From contig JBHLSH010000055.1 of NCBI GenBank assembly GCA_048881705.1, positions 1-26,295 of the forward strand: a DNA stretch of 26,295 nucleotides, written 5' to 3'. This document shows positions 1-9,163 of this stretch, one piece after another; position 1 is the stretch's first letter, and the number at the start of each line of letters is the position of its first letter. The notes under the pieces are model-generated. The model did not search any database. It saw only the letters and a list, made by a program, of their open reading frames with translations, and was not told where the DNA came from. The DNA comes from Candidatus Heimdallarchaeota archaeon. Its GTDB lineage: Archaea > Asgardarchaeota > Heimdallarchaeia > Hodarchaeales > Hodarchaeaceae. The position numbers and the translations under genes are program-made.

Positions 1-61
1 CCCGCGCTATAGGCGCAAACTCGACCAAACCAGGTGCTATACCAGGCTAAGCCACCCCAGC
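1..61 (-). tRNA. 5' part of a tRNA gene running off the window edge, apparently intron-containing; identity unresolved
   Basis: Minus strand from 61 reads GCTGGGG TG GCT TAGCCTGGTAT AGC A CCTGG TT TGG TCGAG TTTGCGC CTATA GCGCGGG. Acceptor 5' strand, D-arm and anticodon-stem 5' strand are clear. They are followed by a hairpin instead of the anticodon-stem 3' strand. Confidence 0.85.
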
Positions 62-163
62 GTCACGAGATGACTCAATATGAGTAACTGACTATATTAG
101 CATAATTATCAAAAGGATTTTTGAGAAAAAATAAAAATAGTTCCACGCTAATAGATCGAATGG

Positions 164-1522
164 CTAGCCAAACAGACTCTCCATTCCAGGGGGGATATTC
201 CCAGGGGCCCCACGGGGACCACGCATTTTGCGCATCCGCTTAAATTGCTTGGTCATCATATTAAACTGTTTCAAGAGTTCTCTAACTTCCTGGGGAGTGG
301 TTCCAGACCCGAGAGCGATTCGCTGAATGCGGCTCCCACGGATGATGCGGGCATCATCAAGCTCTTCGTCGGTCATGGAATTACAAATTGCGACAAACCG
401 TTTCAGCCCTTGTTGGGCTTCAGCATCCAATTGAGACTGGGGCATAATTCCGCTGAGGACTGGAATTTTTGAAAGCATTTTTCCGATCCCACTGGGGTTG
501 TAAGTCTTCTCCATTTGAATTTTAAAGTGGCGGAGTGTTATTTTACCTTTTTTAAAGGCCTGGGTTAATTCTGCAGTACTCTCCGCATCGAGCATTTCGT
601 TGACACTGGTTACCAATCCCTCAATATCGCCCATTCCCAACAAGGAACCAACAAATCGTGTTGGATTAAATTCAACGAGGTCTTCGATTTTTTCACCTTC
701 ACCGTAGAAGCGGATCTTTGCACCGCTCGTTGCGACTGCCGAGATGGCTCCGCCGCCTTTTGCCGAACCATCCATCTTCGAGAGGATAATTGAAGCGAAC
801 GGGGTTGCACGGTTAAATGCATCCGCCTGGGACCAAGCCTGCTGGCCAATGGTGGCATCAACTACGAGAATGATCTCCGTGGGTTTGGCAACCTTGCTGA
901 TTTCGGCCATTTCTTTTAAAAGAGAAGTTTCCTCTTTATGACGTCCTGTGGTATCAATCAAGACAAGATTGATGGTTTTTTGAGCCTCAAAGTGCTTGAG
1001 GCCATTTTTAATAACTTTAATGGCTTTCTTTTCTTTTTCTTCGCCGTAGACCTCTACATTGATAGGTGCCAGTAATTGCTGGAGCTGAGCAAGTGCTCCC
1101 GGGCGGAATGTGTCTCCTCCAATAACACCTACATTCATCCCGCGTTTTTTGTAATAATTTGCTACTTTTCCAATGGATGTTGTCTTCCCAGAACCTTGGA
1201 TACCAATAAACATCAGAATAGATTTTTCATCAGGGTTCAATCTTAAGGGGTTGTACCTTTTCCCAAGAAGAGCGGTAAGTTCATCATATAATATTTTTAT
1301 CGTATAATTTGTCCGTGAAACGCCCATGGGAATGTTATCTTTGAGGGCTTTTTCCCTTACCCGTGCAGTGACTTCTAAAACTAGATCGAGTTTCACATCG
1401 CCCGCAAGTAGGGCATTCTCTAAGTCCTCAATAACTTCATTGATTACTTTTTCATCAACGAGGGGAGATCCTCGGATTTTCATGATGGCATTTCTTAGCG
1501 ACGAGCTGAGCGAATCGAGCAC
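164..1522 (-). CDS. srp54: Signal recognition particle 54 kDa protein
   Basis: NG-domain GTPase motifs GIQGSGKTT, DTFRPGA, DTTGRH and SKMDGSAKGGG; Met-rich C-terminal M domain with SRIQRIALGSG; GTG start with AGGAG upstream. Confidence 0.98.
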   Translation of the reverse strand: MLDSLSSSLRNAIMKIRGSPLVDEKVINEVIEDLENALLAGDVKLDLVLEVTARVREKALKDNIPMGVSRTNYTIKILYDELTALLGKRYNPLRLNPDEKSILMFIGIQGSGKTTSIGKVANYYKKRGMNVGVIGGDTFRPGALAQLQQLLAPINVEVYGEEKEKKAIKVIKNGLKHFEAQKTINLVLIDTTGRHKEETSLLKEMAEISKVAKPTEIILVVDATIGQQAWSQADAFNRATPFASIILSKMDGSAKGGGAISAVATSGAKIRFYGEGEKIEDLVEFNPTRFVGSLLGMGDIEGLVTSVNEMLDAESTAELTQAFKKGKITLRHFKIQMEKTYNPSGIGKMLSKIPVLSGIMPQSQLDAEAQQGLKRFVAICNSMTDEELDDARIIRGSRIQRIALGSGTTPQEVRELLKQFNMMTKQFKRMRKMRGPRGAPGNIPPGMESLFG

Positions 1523-1675
1523 TTCTGTATGGCTCCTAGAGACAGTTACTCATTCCTTTATGTCATGGATTTATCTATTTTCTGTTTTTTATAATGACTT
1601 CTTACTCTTGCCTCCTAAATGAGTTTTTTTACGAGTTTCTCAAACAGTGAGGAGCTTTTTTTCTCATCTTTTGAT

Positions 1676-2224
1676 TTATTTTTGAATTTGGTCGAGCAGA
1701 TAGTGGAGGATGGTTATGGTCTGTGAACTTAGGTAGACGTGTGATCCAATAGTTAGGCTTTCCACCCCATCAACACGCGAGAACAGTTTTCTATCTGTGT
1801 CTGTAAACCCAATTTGGTCACCAATGAGAAAGACGTTTTGTTGGCTGAGCTGGGTGAACGTTTTTTTCCCGTAAATATCAAGAACAGTTGGGTGGTGGAA
1901 AGCCAAGATTTCTTCGAGTGTAGCTGGAACGAAAGTAATTCCCCGTGCGGTCCTCCCTTTAAAGACGCGTTTCAAAACACCTGCGATGCTACGTTCATCA
2001 GGATTGATTCCCTCAGCTTTGTTACCGTCAATGTTAAGAAGCCGCTCATTCAAACGGAAAAAGATGCTAAGCTTTGTTTCCTTCCGGAAAGCGTTTGAAA
2101 GAAAGAAGACGGCCGTAATACAACGGCAAAGAACATCTAATCGTCCAAATCCAGTCAAATTGTTCAGCGAGAGGGGTTTTTTATAATCCACAGTGTTCGA
2201 AAGGATGATAAAATGTCGGGACAT
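1676..2224 (-). CDS. trmY: tRNA (pseudouridine54-N1)-methyltransferase, SPOUT family
   Basis: GRLDVLCRCI, INPDERSIAG, FLIGDQIGF and SLTIGSHVYLSSQTITI motifs; adjacent to pus10. Confidence 0.92.
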   Translation of the reverse strand: MSRHFIILSNTVDYKKPLSLNNLTGFGRLDVLCRCITAVFFLSNAFRKETKLSIFFRLNERLLNIDGNKAEGINPDERSIAGVLKRVFKGRTARGITFVPATLEEILAFHHPTVLDIYGKKTFTQLSQQNVFLIGDQIGFTDTDRKLFSRVDGVESLTIGSHVYLSSQTITILHYLLDQIQK

Positions 2225-2388
2225 TATTTACACGTTTTCCTAGGCCGTGAAACAGGTCTATCGAATGGTTTGAAACCCAGATTAAATCTCGCATCGTCAA
2301 AGAACCTCCCTATCCCCTCAATCTGATGCCTGACAGACTTCATATCAAAGGGGCCATGATGCCCTAATAATCTTGGTGGTCTTTATCA

Positions 2389-3741
2389 ATGGAGTTGCAA
2401 ATCATACAGAAAGCAAAACAGCTGATCGAAGCCTTTCACTGCTGCAATTCCTGCCTCGGGAGACAATTTGGCAATTTGTTGTCCGGACTTTCAAATATGG
2501 AGCGGGGGAAGGCCCTTAAGATCGCATTACTAATGGAATGGGAAAACAATTATCGATTGGTCACGAAAGAGCTCCCGAATACTTCGTTGCTTGCAAAAGA
2601 TTTTCCTGTAGGGAGTACCTCAGCCCAACGGTACTATCCAGAGATTTCCTTCGACAATTCGATTTGTGGAATCTGTAAGGACCGATTGTCACAGGATGCT
2701 CTTGAAATACATGTCCGAGATGTGATTCCACGGTTGACGGAGTATGAATTCAGGACACTCCTAGTAGGATGTCGATTTCCTTCAGATATCTTGGATGATG
2801 AGGATAATATTCGAAGTACCTTTGGCATCGAGTTTGGCGAATCCATTAAGTCCGAGTTCAACCGCGAAATTGGAAAACGCCTCCTATCTGAGTTACCACA
2901 GACCGAGGTAGATTTTAAGGCCCCTGATCTTGTTATACTCTTCGACTTGGTTAACAACGAGGTGAAGCTTAAGAGTAACCCGTTGTTCATTCTAGGCCGA
3001 TATCGCAAGCTGGTTCGTGGAATTCCCCAATCCAAGTGGTTTTGTAGAGAATGTAGGGGTCAAGGATGTGAGAGATGTGGATTCACTGGAAAAATGTACC
3101 AAGAATCAGTTGAGGAGTTTATCTCGGCGCCAGTTCTTGCCGCAGCACAAGGAGTCGATAGTAAGTTTCACGGGGCGGGCCGAGAAGATATTGATGCTAG
3201 AATGTTGGGAAATGGAAGACCGTTCGCACTTGAAATTTCTGAACCAAAGAAACGTACTCTCGATCTGGCTCAACTGAAGACAATTATTGACCAGAACGCG
3301 CAGGGAAAAATCGAGGTTGAATTTGATGGCCTTACGACGCGTACGAAGGTTCGTGAACTCAAAACGCAGTCCAGCCGCATTGCCAAAGGATATCGCGCAA
3401 TTGTGGAATTGGAACCTGAAAGGAATGTAACCGAAAAAAGCCTTTATAACGCAGCCAAAGATCTTTCCAATTCTGTTATCCACCAACGAACGCCAGTTCG
3501 GGTCTCACATCGGCGTGCGGATAAAATTCGGACGCGAAAGGTAATTAGCTTTGAAATTGAATCAATTACATCCGAATATGTGACAATTCATATCGTATGC
3601 GAAGGGGGACTTTATGTAAAAGAGTTAATCAACGGTGATGAGGAACGTACACAGCCAAATTTTGCAGGTTTGGTAGGGACAAAAGCAACAGTGAAGTATC
3701 TAGATGTGATTAAAGTATTTTCTCCAGAATCATCTCTCTAA
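2389..3741 (+). CDS. pus10: tRNA pseudouridine(54/55) synthase Pus10
   Basis: N-terminal CxxCLGR and CGIC zinc ligands, THUMP-like region, catalytic FHGAGREDIDARMLG, GGLYVKELI. Confidence 0.97.
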   Translation: MELQIIQKAKQLIEAFHCCNSCLGRQFGNLLSGLSNMERGKALKIALLMEWENNYRLVTKELPNTSLLAKDFPVGSTSAQRYYPEISFDNSICGICKDRLSQDALEIHVRDVIPRLTEYEFRTLLVGCRFPSDILDDEDNIRSTFGIEFGESIKSEFNREIGKRLLSELPQTEVDFKAPDLVILFDLVNNEVKLKSNPLFILGRYRKLVRGIPQSKWFCRECRGQGCERCGFTGKMYQESVEEFISAPVLAAAQGVDSKFHGAGREDIDARMLGNGRPFALEISEPKKRTLDLAQLKTIIDQNAQGKIEVEFDGLTTRTKVRELKTQSSRIAKGYRAIVELEPERNVTEKSLYNAAKDLSNSVIHQRTPVRVSHRRADKIRTRKVISFEIESITSEYVTIHIVCEGGLYVKELINGDEERTQPNFAGLVGTKATVKYLDVIKVFSPESSL

Positions 3742-3907
3742 ATGATGTCATTGGATTAATTAAGTCTTTATAGACAAATCAGACAAGAAAACCTGAAATA
3801 ACAATAAGAACAAATAGAAAGAAAAAAATAGCTTCTCTTGTTGCTTCCAAGATAAAAGCATCCTCAGGCTCTCTGTTTTTCTTATAAGGCACCAGAGGTT
3901 TTTAAAA

Positions 3908-4204
3908 ATGGTCAAAAAATCTAAGGGTACCAATTTTCGGACACGCCGCGTTTTTTCGAAGCATCCCCGCAATCGCGGCCTACCCCCAATTTCACATTCA
4001 CTTAGAGAATATGCGATAGATTCTCGGGTCAATATTGTGATAGAACCTAGTGTTCAGAAAGGACGCCCCCACAGACGTTTCCATGGGAAAACAGGAATTG
4101 TCTTGGAAAAACGGGGGGCAAGTTACGTGGTTCAAGTTACTGATGGTAAGGCAAAGAAGAAAATCATAGCTCGCCCAGAACATCTTCGGACGCAGATAGC
4201 CTAA
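3908..4204 (+). CDS. rpl21e: 50S ribosomal protein L21e
   Basis: SVQKGRPHRRFHGKTG and RPEHL motifs; conserved position after pus10. Confidence 0.97.
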   Translation: MVKKSKGTNFRTRRVFSKHPRNRGLPPISHSLREYAIDSRVNIVIEPSVQKGRPHRRFHGKTGIVLEKRGASYVVQVTDGKAKKKIIARPEHLRTQIA

Positions 4205-4231
4205 CTGATTTGATCATAAGGTTGTTGTTGA

Positions 4232-4639
4232 ATGGTACGAAAAATCTTAGAAGAAAAACCTATCCCCCTAGGTCGAGTTCACGAGCTTCTCCTGATTCGA
4301 GAACAGGCAGGTATCAATTATGTACAACGAGTAACTGCCCAACATGCAGAGAAATTGTCTAAAGATGCCGCATATTCTGAGGAGATCCTTTCTGCTCTAA
4401 TGACGGAGTTTGATATACCTCGCATATTGGCCGTTCAATTGGTGAATATTAATCCGAAAACACCAGTTGATGTCCGTGGCGTCCTAGGAGAGCGCTTGGA
4501 TAGTGATCAAATTGAAAGGCTTCTAGAAAGGTATGGGGAATATGTGGCACAACGTCTTGCTGCCCCCAAACCTCAGCCTACCGAGGGGGTCGTGCCTGAT
4601 GAAGAAATCGAAATTGAAGAAGGATTTGAAGACCTTTAA
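4232..4639 (+). CDS. rpoF: RNA polymerase subunit Rpo4/RpoF
   Basis: YVQRVTAQHAEKLSK and AVQLVNINPKT pattern; follows rpl21e as in many archaea; acidic C-terminal tail. Confidence 0.9.
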   Translation: MVRKILEEKPIPLGRVHELLLIREQAGINYVQRVTAQHAEKLSKDAAYSEEILSALMTEFDIPRILAVQLVNINPKTPVDVRGVLGERLDSDQIERLLERYGEYVAQRLAAPKPQPTEGVVPDEEIEIEEGFEDL

Positions 4640-4662
4640 TCCCCATGATTTTTTTAATTATA

Positions 4663-4768
4663 GGGGACGTAGTCTAGCTTGGTTATTGTTGTCTTGGTGC
4701 ACGAGCGGTGACCAAATGATTCTTGGTTCGGGACCAAGAGGTCGCGAGTTCGAATCTCGCCGTCCCCA
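4663..4768 (+). tRNA. tRNA-Pro(CGG) with a 31-nt intron in the D-loop
   Basis: Acceptor GGGGACG/CGTCCCC plus A73; anticodon arm CTTGG TT CGG GA CCAAG (anticodon 4729-4731); T-arm GCGAG TTCGAAT CTCGC. Removing 4686-4716 gives a normal 75-nt cloverleaf. Confidence 0.95.
4686..4716 (+). other. tRNA intron at position 21/22
   Basis: Central helix TGGT(4680-4683)/ACCA(4711-4714) with 3-nt bulges TA|T and AA|T; intron folds through CTTG/CGAG. Confidence 0.8.
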
Positions 4769-4804
4769 TCTATCAACCAGATAAAGAGAGTCAGATTTTT
4801 GTGG

Positions 4805-5809
4805 ATGCGTAACATCCCCTCAGTAGATCGATTTATTGCATTCGTAAAGCAGTTTCAGGGGACGGTAGGTTTGAAACTTCATCCGCAGGCCGACCTGGAT
4901 GCCGTTGGAGCTGCGATTGCCATAACTCAATTAATCAAGGCTCTTAATCCCAATTTACATGTTCAAGTTGTTGAAGACGATATTAGTAAACTGGGTCGTG
5001 AACTACTTGATCTGACAGGACATCTCTTCGATACCATACCATTCGATCAACTCACAGCTCCATTGCTGTTTATTTACTTAGATACAAATCAAGTCGACAA
5101 TCAAATGAATCCAAATGACAAATCAATAGCCGTCATAGACCATCACATCCAAACAGACGCTATTAAAACAGTTGATTTCGATTTTCGACTTGAAACATTC
5201 CGTGCCACCACCGAAATAGTAGCAGGTATGTTTCACCGTTCGGGGATCTCTCTTACTAAGGAAGTCAGGCAAGCCTTACTTGCAGGGTTAATTTTTGATA
5301 CAAGACGATTCTTATATGGAGACGATGCCTTATTTCAGTGTGTATCCTATGTGCTAGATGGCCACCCAGAAATCTACCCTGAAGTGGGGATGTTGTTATT
5401 AGATCAACGGATGCCTCCTGAGAAAATAGCTTGCATTAAGGCGGCCCAGCGGGCGAAACGATGGCAAATTAATGAGACGATCCTATTAGTGTCACATGTT
5501 AGCTCCTTCGAGGCGGCCGCTGCCAGAGCTTTGGTAAATTTGGGGAGCCATGTTGCTATTGTCATCGCGCAACGCAAGACAGAGACCCGTATCAGTATCA
5601 GAACTGCGCCTACTTTTCCCCAGGATTCAGGGATCTCAATAGGTAGAGATGTAATTCCGCCCTTAATTAAGGAATTCGGGGGATCTGGCGGCGGACATTC
5701 TGGGGCCGCGGGTTACAATCACCCCGAAAGCCTTGATATTACACAAATCAAGGCTTTTGTTTATCAGCTATTTGAAAAATTGCTAGGAAATCCTCTATCA
5801 GGTGGATAA
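4805..5809 (+). CDS. DHH family phosphoesterase (DHH + DHHA1 domains)
   Basis: HPQADLDAVGA, VIDHH, GLIFDTRRF and GGSGGGHSGAAG motifs; ATG at 4805 preferred over TTG at 4799. Confidence 0.9.
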   Translation: MRNIPSVDRFIAFVKQFQGTVGLKLHPQADLDAVGAAIAITQLIKALNPNLHVQVVEDDISKLGRELLDLTGHLFDTIPFDQLTAPLLFIYLDTNQVDNQMNPNDKSIAVIDHHIQTDAIKTVDFDFRLETFRATTEIVAGMFHRSGISLTKEVRQALLAGLIFDTRRFLYGDDALFQCVSYVLDGHPEIYPEVGMLLLDQRMPPEKIACIKAAQRAKRWQINETILLVSHVSSFEAAAARALVNLGSHVAIVIAQRKTETRISIRTAPTFPQDSGISIGRDVIPPLIKEFGGSGGGHSGAAGYNHPESLDITQIKAFVYQLFEKLLGNPLSGG

Positions 5810-6112
5810 TAGAAAATAGGGCCGAATATAGACATATTCATCTTTGCTTAGAATCACGGTACCATATTTGCTTTCCTGACACGCCAACTGAACTGCAAGG
5901 ACGTGCTTGCACTGTACTACCGTTTCAGTTAGAAGACGCTGTTGGAAATCATAACAGCGACACCAAAAGGGGTCGATAAAAACTAAGTACTCACGCGTGT
6001 TACCTACGACAACCCAATACGCAATTTCGCCCTCAATAAGATACTTCTTGACCCTTTGTTCGAGTACCAGTTGTTTTGCGTCATTCAAACGATCCGAAAA
6101 CTCAATAGTCAT
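5798..6112 (-). CDS. Small stand-alone SWIM zinc-finger protein
   Basis: CRC-x13-CKH (CxCx(n)CxH) preceded by YWVVVG..REYLV; start overlaps the upstream stop (TAATG). Confidence 0.85.
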   Translation of the reverse strand: MTIEFSDRLNDAKQLVLEQRVKKYLIEGEIAYWVVVGNTREYLVFIDPFWCRCYDFQQRLLTETVVQCKHVLAVQLACQESKYGTVILSKDEYVYIRPYFLLST

Positions 6113-6696
6113 TAAGACTCTACCTGTTCGAGTATCACCTTGCTTGCTTCTTGCAGGGCCTCTGATTGGGCTAATTCTTTCTTCAATTCATCCCCTCGCT
6201 TTTGAAATTCTTCATCAGGGATACCCTCTATTTCTTTCCGAACTTCGAGTTCCTCTATGGCATAAGTTAGGGATTTCTTACCCTTGGAGGCATCAGCAAC
6301 CATTTGGCGTAGTTTAGCTTTTATATCTATCAGTTGTTGGTCGATTACTTGTTTTTCCTCTTTATATTCTGCCTCAAGAGCATTAAACACAGAATCTTGA
6401 ATTTGGCCTCTTTTTTCCGCCAATTTTTGGAGCCTGGTATCAAAAACGGACTTCTTTTGGATTAGCTCAAGTAACCAATTATTGGTATTTTCAGTTTGCT
6501 TTTCTTTAAGCGCCTCCAAGTCTTTGGTGACTTTTTTCAATTCCTCAGCAACCTCTAGGCCCTCAAGTTCTGCACGTAATTGGAGTTTTTCCTTTTGTAA
6601 TTCCAATGCTCGTAACTTACTCGCCTGTTGGATATCTTGGGCCAACTGGATAATAGAGTCTGGCGATAGATCTACTTGATCTGAAGTTTCACTCAT
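6112..6696 (-). CDS. Coiled-coil protein with a CdvA-like coiled-coil domain
   Basis: All-helical; two repeats GQIQDSVF and EGIPDEEF, 60 residues apart, as in CdvA-type coiled coils; ATG at 6696 preferred over the ORF-track GTG at 6780. Confidence 0.65.
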   Translation of the reverse strand: MSETSDQVDLSPDSIIQLAQDIQQASKLRALELQKEKLQLRAELEGLEVAEELKKVTKDLEALKEKQTENTNNWLLELIQKKSVFDTRLQKLAEKRGQIQDSVFNALEAEYKEEKQVIDQQLIDIKAKLRQMVADASKGKKSLTYAIEELEVRKEIEGIPDEEFQKRGDELKKELAQSEALQEASKVILEQVES

Positions 6697-6880
6697 TTTA
6701 TGCCCACAACTTCTGAAACCAGTTGATTTGAAAAACCACTTTAGATTTTTTAAAGCGGCGCTATGCGGAAGAGTGCTCACCCTTAGTAAGGGATATCAGA
6801 ATAGTACATCCATAAAAAGTAATGGAACCCTGAAAAAGGCCCAAAAATGCATTTATTCGCCAAGGATGTTTTGAGTAATA

Positions 6881-7516
6881 ATGCGTCTAGCCAAGGGACA
6901 TGAAATAATAACCTTAGCGCTATTGACACTCCTGCCCGTGCTTCTCTTCTATGGGTTGGTTTATCCTACCTTACTGATCTTAATTCCCGTCTTTCTAATT
7001 TTGTTAGGTGGGCACCTGATGTTTTTTCGGGATCCTAGTAGGACAGTAAGCACTGATGCTAGAACTGTTTTGGCACCTGCAGACGGGAAGATCTATGCGA
7101 TCAATCCTTCTCAGGGAATTATTCGGATACGTATGTCTCTATTCAACGTACATGTGACCCGCGCGCCGATCACCGGTACAATAACCACTATTCAGAGGAA
7201 ATCGGGCAAAAATTGGCCATTTTTCTCATTTCTCCATCTGGGAACAGTTGAAAATGCGCGACAAACAATTTGGATTGCATCATCAACGGGAAAATTCTCC
7301 GTGGTTCAAATCGTCGGAATCCTCGCTCGTCGTGCGATATGTTACCTAAATGAAGGAGAATCTGTTCAACAAGGCGAACGTCTCGGTATGATCAGGTATG
7401 GGAGCGAAGTAGACGTTCATCTGCCTTCGAACAAATACAGGATACTTGTGAAAGAAAATGATCGAACAGTGGCGGGAATCACTCGACTGGCAGAACTGAA
7501 AGGGGGGTCAAGCTAA
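6881..7516 (+). CDS. psd: Phosphatidylserine/archaetidylserine decarboxylase proenzyme
   Basis: N-terminal TM segment, FFRDP, APADG, NVHVTRAP and the self-cleavage motif RYGSEVD. Confidence 0.95.
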   Translation: MRLAKGHEIITLALLTLLPVLLFYGLVYPTLLILIPVFLILLGGHLMFFRDPSRTVSTDARTVLAPADGKIYAINPSQGIIRIRMSLFNVHVTRAPITGTITTIQRKSGKNWPFFSFLHLGTVENARQTIWIASSTGKFSVVQIVGILARRAICYLNEGESVQQGERLGMIRYGSEVDVHLPSNKYRILVKENDRTVAGITRLAELKGGSS

Positions 7517-8239
7517 ATGGGCGCTATTTACAACAAATATTTCCTTCTAGCCTTTCTATTCACAACACTCAATGCTATTTGTGGTATTGCTGGAATCTTC
7601 GTTTCTCTGTATCTACCAGACAATTTATTTTATCTGCCATTTCAGCTATTGATCTTTGGGGCTATATTTGACTTTCTTGACGGGCAAATGGCGAAACGCG
7701 CTCCCCTGAGTTCATCATTCGGGGCTTACTTCGATTCCATTGGAGATGTAATCACATTCGCTATTCTACCGGGCATAATGCTTCTAAATGCCCCTCTATT
7801 AGATACGGGGCAGGGAAGTTCCACAGATTTGTTCTCACTGGGCATTGCAGGATTCTATACGATCTGTGGGTGGATTCGTCTCGTTCGCTTTGCCAGTCAA
7901 CCTACAGCCATTCATTTCGATGGACTCCCCTCACCAGCTGCTGCCCTCCTCATGGGTTCATGTGCATTGCTCGCACAACATCCAGAGCTCACGTGGCTCT
8001 TCCCACAAAACGGAGTCGTGCTAGCCCTTATCGCCCTAGCTATTGGCGTGTTAATGATTCTGACCATCAAATATCCCACACCAAAGCGAGGGAAAACCCC
8101 TGACATGGTTGCTATTGGTATCGCGGGGATTGTTGTTCTTGCTTTTGTTTTTCTCCCCCATTATTTGACATTGGGCGGAGTATTGTTTATTGCCGTCCTC
8201 TACACCGTATTAGGTCCTATCTATCTCATACGAACTTAG
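7517..8239 (+). CDS. pssA: CDP-alcohol phosphatidyltransferase (archaetidylserine/phosphatidylserine synthase)
   Basis: DFLDGQMAKR...FGAYFDSIGD signature, IRLVRF, FDGLPSPAAA; directly follows psd. Confidence 0.93.
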   Translation: MGAIYNKYFLLAFLFTTLNAICGIAGIFVSLYLPDNLFYLPFQLLIFGAIFDFLDGQMAKRAPLSSSFGAYFDSIGDVITFAILPGIMLLNAPLLDTGQGSSTDLFSLGIAGFYTICGWIRLVRFASQPTAIHFDGLPSPAAALLMGSCALLAQHPELTWLFPQNGVVLALIALAIGVLMILTIKYPTPKRGKTPDMVAIGIAGIVVLAFVFLPHYLTLGGVLFIAVLYTVLGPIYLIRT

Positions 8240-9163
8240 TTAAAATCGAAGTTGATCCAAGATAATATGTGTTATTGTGTCCGTAACCTTTGTATTTTCG
8301 TAAAGTGCCTTTAAAAAGTCATTAAGGTCAGTTAGGGTTGAATGTCGGGTTTTAATCAAGAGACTGTACTCGTGATTGGTTCGGAAGCAATCAACAACAT
8401 GGGTATCTTGATGACAGAAGTCAATCGCTACTTGGTACCTTCCTAAAGGGGCCTTAATTTGGATATAGGCATGGATATACCGTTCTTGCCAATAAGTGGT
8501 TCTTACAGAGTACCCCAAGATGATGTTACCCCTCTTCCAGCGTTTCAGTTGACGATATATAGACGGTTGATGTTTCCCCAGTTTCTTTGCAATATCATAC
8601 GTTGATGGGGGGAATTTTAGGGTTCTTCCAAGCTCCTGAATCGTCTGTAAGACCTTATATTCTGCCTTCTTGATTGATATGCTCGACTCGGGTACGATAA
8701 ATCCCCATTCCTTCTGTACACTGATAACCTCGAGCAACTGATATTTTTGAAAGCCAGATCCCCCAATCAGCTGGTAGAGGTGATCTAAGGATGCAAGAAA
8801 CTCGGCCCCTGAAGGAAAGTGAAACCGACCCATTAGAGAATATTCGCCTGTCAACCCCTCCAGGCTGCTGAGTTTTTCAGTGGTATAGTTTCTTAGTAAT
8901 TCCTCCACAATCTGAGGTTCATTGGGATTGGTTTTCAAGAGAAAGAATAAGATTCGTCGCTGCTGAAGAGATGCAGAAGGGTGTAAAACGAACTGCCAAG
9001 CAGTAATAACACCTTCACGTCTTAATCCTTGAATTTGTTTCCTTATCCAAGACGAGGAATGCCCTAATTCAGCAGATAATCCACGAAGAGACGGGTTCCG
9101 CCGTTGACTTAAGCTGCGGAGAAGAGATTCGACAATGGAAGCAGATTCGTCCATACTGCTCAC
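8240..9163 (-). CDS. Tandem (double) Lrp/AsnC-family transcriptional regulator
   Basis: Two HTH+RAM-like units (SLRGLSAELG...LRREGVI / GLTGEYSL and STYDIAKKLG...WKRGNII / RTNHEYSLLIK); start GTG 9163 or ATG 9154. Confidence 0.85.
   Translation of the reverse strand: MSSMDESASIVESLLRSLSQRRNPSLRGLSAELGHSSSWIRKQIQGLRREGVITAWQFVLHPSASLQQRRILFFLLKTNPNEPQIVEELLRNYTTEKLSSLEGLTGEYSLMGRFHFPSGAEFLASLDHLYQLIGGSGFQKYQLLEVISVQKEWGFIVPESSISIKKAEYKVLQTIQELGRTLKFPPSTYDIAKKLGKHQPSIYRQLKRWKRGNIILGYSVRTTYWQERYIHAYIQIKAPLGRYQVAIDFCHQDTHVVDCFRTNHEYSLLIKTRHSTLTDLNDFLKALYENTKVTDTITHIILDQLRF

Noticed and set aside
6697-6780. 28-aa extension of the coiled-coil ORF from GTG 6780
   Set aside because: It covers TATA-like sequence and its composition differs from the acidic helical body.
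7511-7522. Stop-codon readthrough fusing Psd and PssA
   Set aside because: TAA is a poor readthrough codon, no stimulatory element was seen, and simple translational coupling explains it.
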